Below, piece by piece: positions 61,949 through 64,000 of a DNA stretch of 64,000 bases. Positions within the stretch are counted from its first letter, which is position 1. Every line of letters starts with the position of its first letter. Source of the DNA: Bdellovibrio sp. (lineage in GTDB: Bacteria > Bdellovibrionota > Bdellovibrionia > Bdellovibrionales > Bdellovibrionaceae); assembly GCA_036676395.1 (NCBI GenBank), contig JAKFCY010000003.1:1-64000 (forward strand). Direction: 5' to 3'. A program made the position numbers and the translations under genes. A model generated the notes under the pieces. The model did no database searches. It was given only the letters and a program-made list of their open reading frames with translations, and had not been told where the DNA came from.

Positions 61949-62224
61949 ATGAAATTATTTTTATCATTACTTACGTTAGTTAGTTTTATTTCAATCGCCC
62001 AAGCTGAAGAGACTTTGGTTGAAAAAGCAGAAGCTACAGCTAAATCTGTAGTTCGCGAAGTTAAAAAAGGCGCCAACCGTGCCGAAGAAATGGCTTGCGG
62101 CAAATTAACTGGCGATAGCAAGGCTACATGCCTTGCTAAAAAAGCTAAGAACCGCGTTACTGAAACGACAGACACCGTTGTCGATAAAGCTGACGAAATC
62201 AAAAAATCAGTCGATTCTAAATAG
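61949..62224 (+). CDS. Small secreted helical protein
   Basis: Signal peptide AQA, K/E/A-rich, two Cys. Confidence 0.7.
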   Translation: MKLFLSLLTLVSFISIAQAEETLVEKAEATAKSVVREVKKGANRAEEMACGKLTGDSKATCLAKKAKNRVTETTDTVVDKADEIKKSVDSK

Positions 62225-62232
62225 TTTTTTGC

Positions 62233-62257
62233 GTGGTCACTGTCTCATAGTGACCAC
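62233..62257. terminator. Hairpin after the opp operon
   Basis: Inverted repeat gtggtcact / agtgaccac. Confidence 0.45.
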
Positions 62258-62354
62258 TGTCTTATCTTAATTTGAGAATATTAAACTATACGTGGTTTTC
62301 ACGTTTTCTGCTCTGATATCCTATAGGTAGCTATCTTTTCTTAAGGGAGTACTT

Positions 62355-63467
62355 ATGGGACGTCTTGCCTGGAATTTTCAGCTTTCGTTTTTATTAATTT
62401 TTTTATTGGCGATGAATGTTAATGCTGGTGGTGCTATCGCCGGCAAAGTCACAATTCTAAAAGGCAAAGTTTTTTTCGAACGCGGCGGACAAAAAATCCA
62501 AATTAAAAAAGACGATACGGTTTTAGAATCAGACACCATCGAAGCTGAAGTGGGAACTGCGCGCATTACGATGATTGATTCTAATTTAATCGATATTTAC
62601 CCGAAGACAAAAATTACGATCTCAAAATATGTTTACAAGCCAAATCAAGATCAAAAAGAAGTCGATTTAAAAATCGATTTTGGTAAAATTAAATCCACTG
62701 TTATTCAAAAATACGATGGCGCTAAAAGTAAGTTTCAAATAAAAACTCCTGCAGCTGTAGCCGGAGTGCGCGGAACAGTATTTACGGCTGAATACGATAA
62801 AATTAAAAAAGTTGCTAAAATTGTAACGATTGAAGGTTTAGTTGCCGTTGCTAAATTACTTGAAGATAACAGACAATCTGCTCCAGTGTTTGTACGCCCT
62901 GATCAAGTGGTCAAAGTTGATGTCGAACAAACAAACTCAGAACAGCCCCGTGATCTAACGCCCGAAGAGCGCGATAGCCGCAAAAAAGAAGATAAAGATT
63001 TAGGTTATCAGTACGATCCAAAAAGTGAAGCAACACCGCCGACACCGCCAAGCGCTAACAATCCACCACCACGGCCACCGGTAGCAGGCGGTCCTGCGCA
63101 AGGACAACCACCCACTCAACCACCAGTCACTGCAGGCGAAACCCCAACTGCAAATCGTGGCGCAAATTCAGAGCCGCCTAAAGAGCCTGTTAAACAAATC
63201 AAAGAATCTGTACCTTCAACTGTGAAAAATTCAAGTGATCGTCAACAACAACAGCAGCAGCTAGCACAACGTCGCCAAAAACAGCTTGAACACGAGCAAG
63301 CCAGAAAACAGAAACAGTTAGAAGAAGAAATGAGAAAACGCCAGCAATTAGAAGCCCAAAGAGCCGAGGCTGCCCGACGTCTGGCAGAAAGCACGATTAT
63401 CAATAGACCTCCGCCGACGACCACCGTGCCGTCAACTCCAAGCCCGGGTGCGAACTCTCCGTATTAG
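62355..63467 (+). CDS. FecR-domain secreted protein with a Pro-rich and Gln/Glu coiled tail
   Basis: Signal peptide, G.V..LKG.V, FQIKTPAAVAGVRGT.F, EGLV.V. Confidence 0.8.
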   Translation: MGRLAWNFQLSFLLIFLLAMNVNAGGAIAGKVTILKGKVFFERGGQKIQIKKDDTVLESDTIEAEVGTARITMIDSNLIDIYPKTKITISKYVYKPNQDQKEVDLKIDFGKIKSTVIQKYDGAKSKFQIKTPAAVAGVRGTVFTAEYDKIKKVAKIVTIEGLVAVAKLLEDNRQSAPVFVRPDQVVKVDVEQTNSEQPRDLTPEERDSRKKEDKDLGYQYDPKSEATPPTPPSANNPPPRPPVAGGPAQGQPPTQPPVTAGETPTANRGANSEPPKEPVKQIKESVPSTVKNSSDRQQQQQQLAQRRQKQLEHEQARKQKQLEEEMRKRQQLEAQRAEAARRLAESTIINRPPPTTTVPSTPSPGANSPY

Positions 63468-63627
63468 ACGTCATTTGGTCACTACTAAATAAATTTTAAT
63501 TCAATAGTTTACTTTTATTGTCGAACAATAAATCACCTCGCATCTTAATTTGAGAATGTTGAAGAATACATGGTTTTCATATTTTTCTGGCTGCTATCCT
63601 GTAGGTAGATATTTAACGGGGAGATCT

Positions 63628-64000
63628 ATGGCACGTCTTTTGGGAAAGTTACGACTTTCATTCTTAACGGTTTTTTTACTAGTCTTTAACGCGAATGCAG
63701 CTGGCACTATTGCCGGCAAAGTTACGATTTTGAAAGGCCAAGTTTTTATTCAACGTGGTGGACAAAAAATCCAAGTCAAAAAAGACGATACCATTTTAGA
63801 ATCTGACATCATCGAATCAGAAGCCGGCACGGCTCGCATTACGATGATCGATTCAAACTTAGTCGACGTTTATCCGCGATCAAAGGTTGAAATCGCCAAA
63901 TACATTTACAAACCAAATGAAGATCAAAAAGAAGTCGAATTAAAAATCGATTTTGGTAAAATCAAATCTACAGTAAATCAAAAATATGACGGGGCTAAAA
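63628..64000 (+). CDS. Second FecR-domain paralogue, runs off the right edge of the window
   Basis: MARLLGKL...AGKVTILKGQVFIQRGGQKIQVKKDD, highly similar to the 62355 gene. Confidence 0.85.
   Translation, partial: MARLLGKLRLSFLTVFLLVFNANAAGTIAGKVTILKGQVFIQRGGQKIQVKKDDTILESDIIESEAGTARITMIDSNLVDVYPRSKVEIAKYIYKPNEDQKEVELKIDFGKIKSTVNQKYDGAK

Overview
This 64 kb window looks like chromosomal DNA from a predatory Bdellovibrionota bacterium (inferred from the gene families present, not from a marker gene). From left to right it holds: (1) a minus-strand envelope operon of a TPR lipoprotein, a LysM/beta-barrel protein, an FN3-like lipoprotein and a >1185-aa phage-tail-fibre-like adhesin with a 906-bp internal repeat; (2) a lysozyme-fold lipoprotein, a PilZ protein, two hybrid histidine kinases and an M12-like protease; (3) a compact four-gene cassette of a heme-oxygenase-like diiron enzyme, a GNAT-fold enzyme, a PAS-like protein and an XRE regulator, which is my best candidate for an undescribed small-molecule signalling or biosynthetic system; (4) two tandem flagellins with a sigma28 promoter and GGA-loop leader hairpins; (5) an HD hydrolase and a REP-associated tyrosine transposase with three 25-26-bp repeats; (6) housekeeping genes including thiolases, TolC, M23 peptidase, PP2C phosphatase, TonB-like protein and aceE; (7) a ~12 kb variable island (46.9-59.2 kb) with a Sec-signal Rhs/teneurin-like toxin, orphan toxin and immunity modules, a TumE-like toxin-antitoxin pair, a tRNA 3'-end scar and a mosaic scar built from both flanking genes; (8) oppD/oppF-like ATPases and tandem FecR-domain paralogues. 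All calls rest on motif recognition by eye; no database searches were run.
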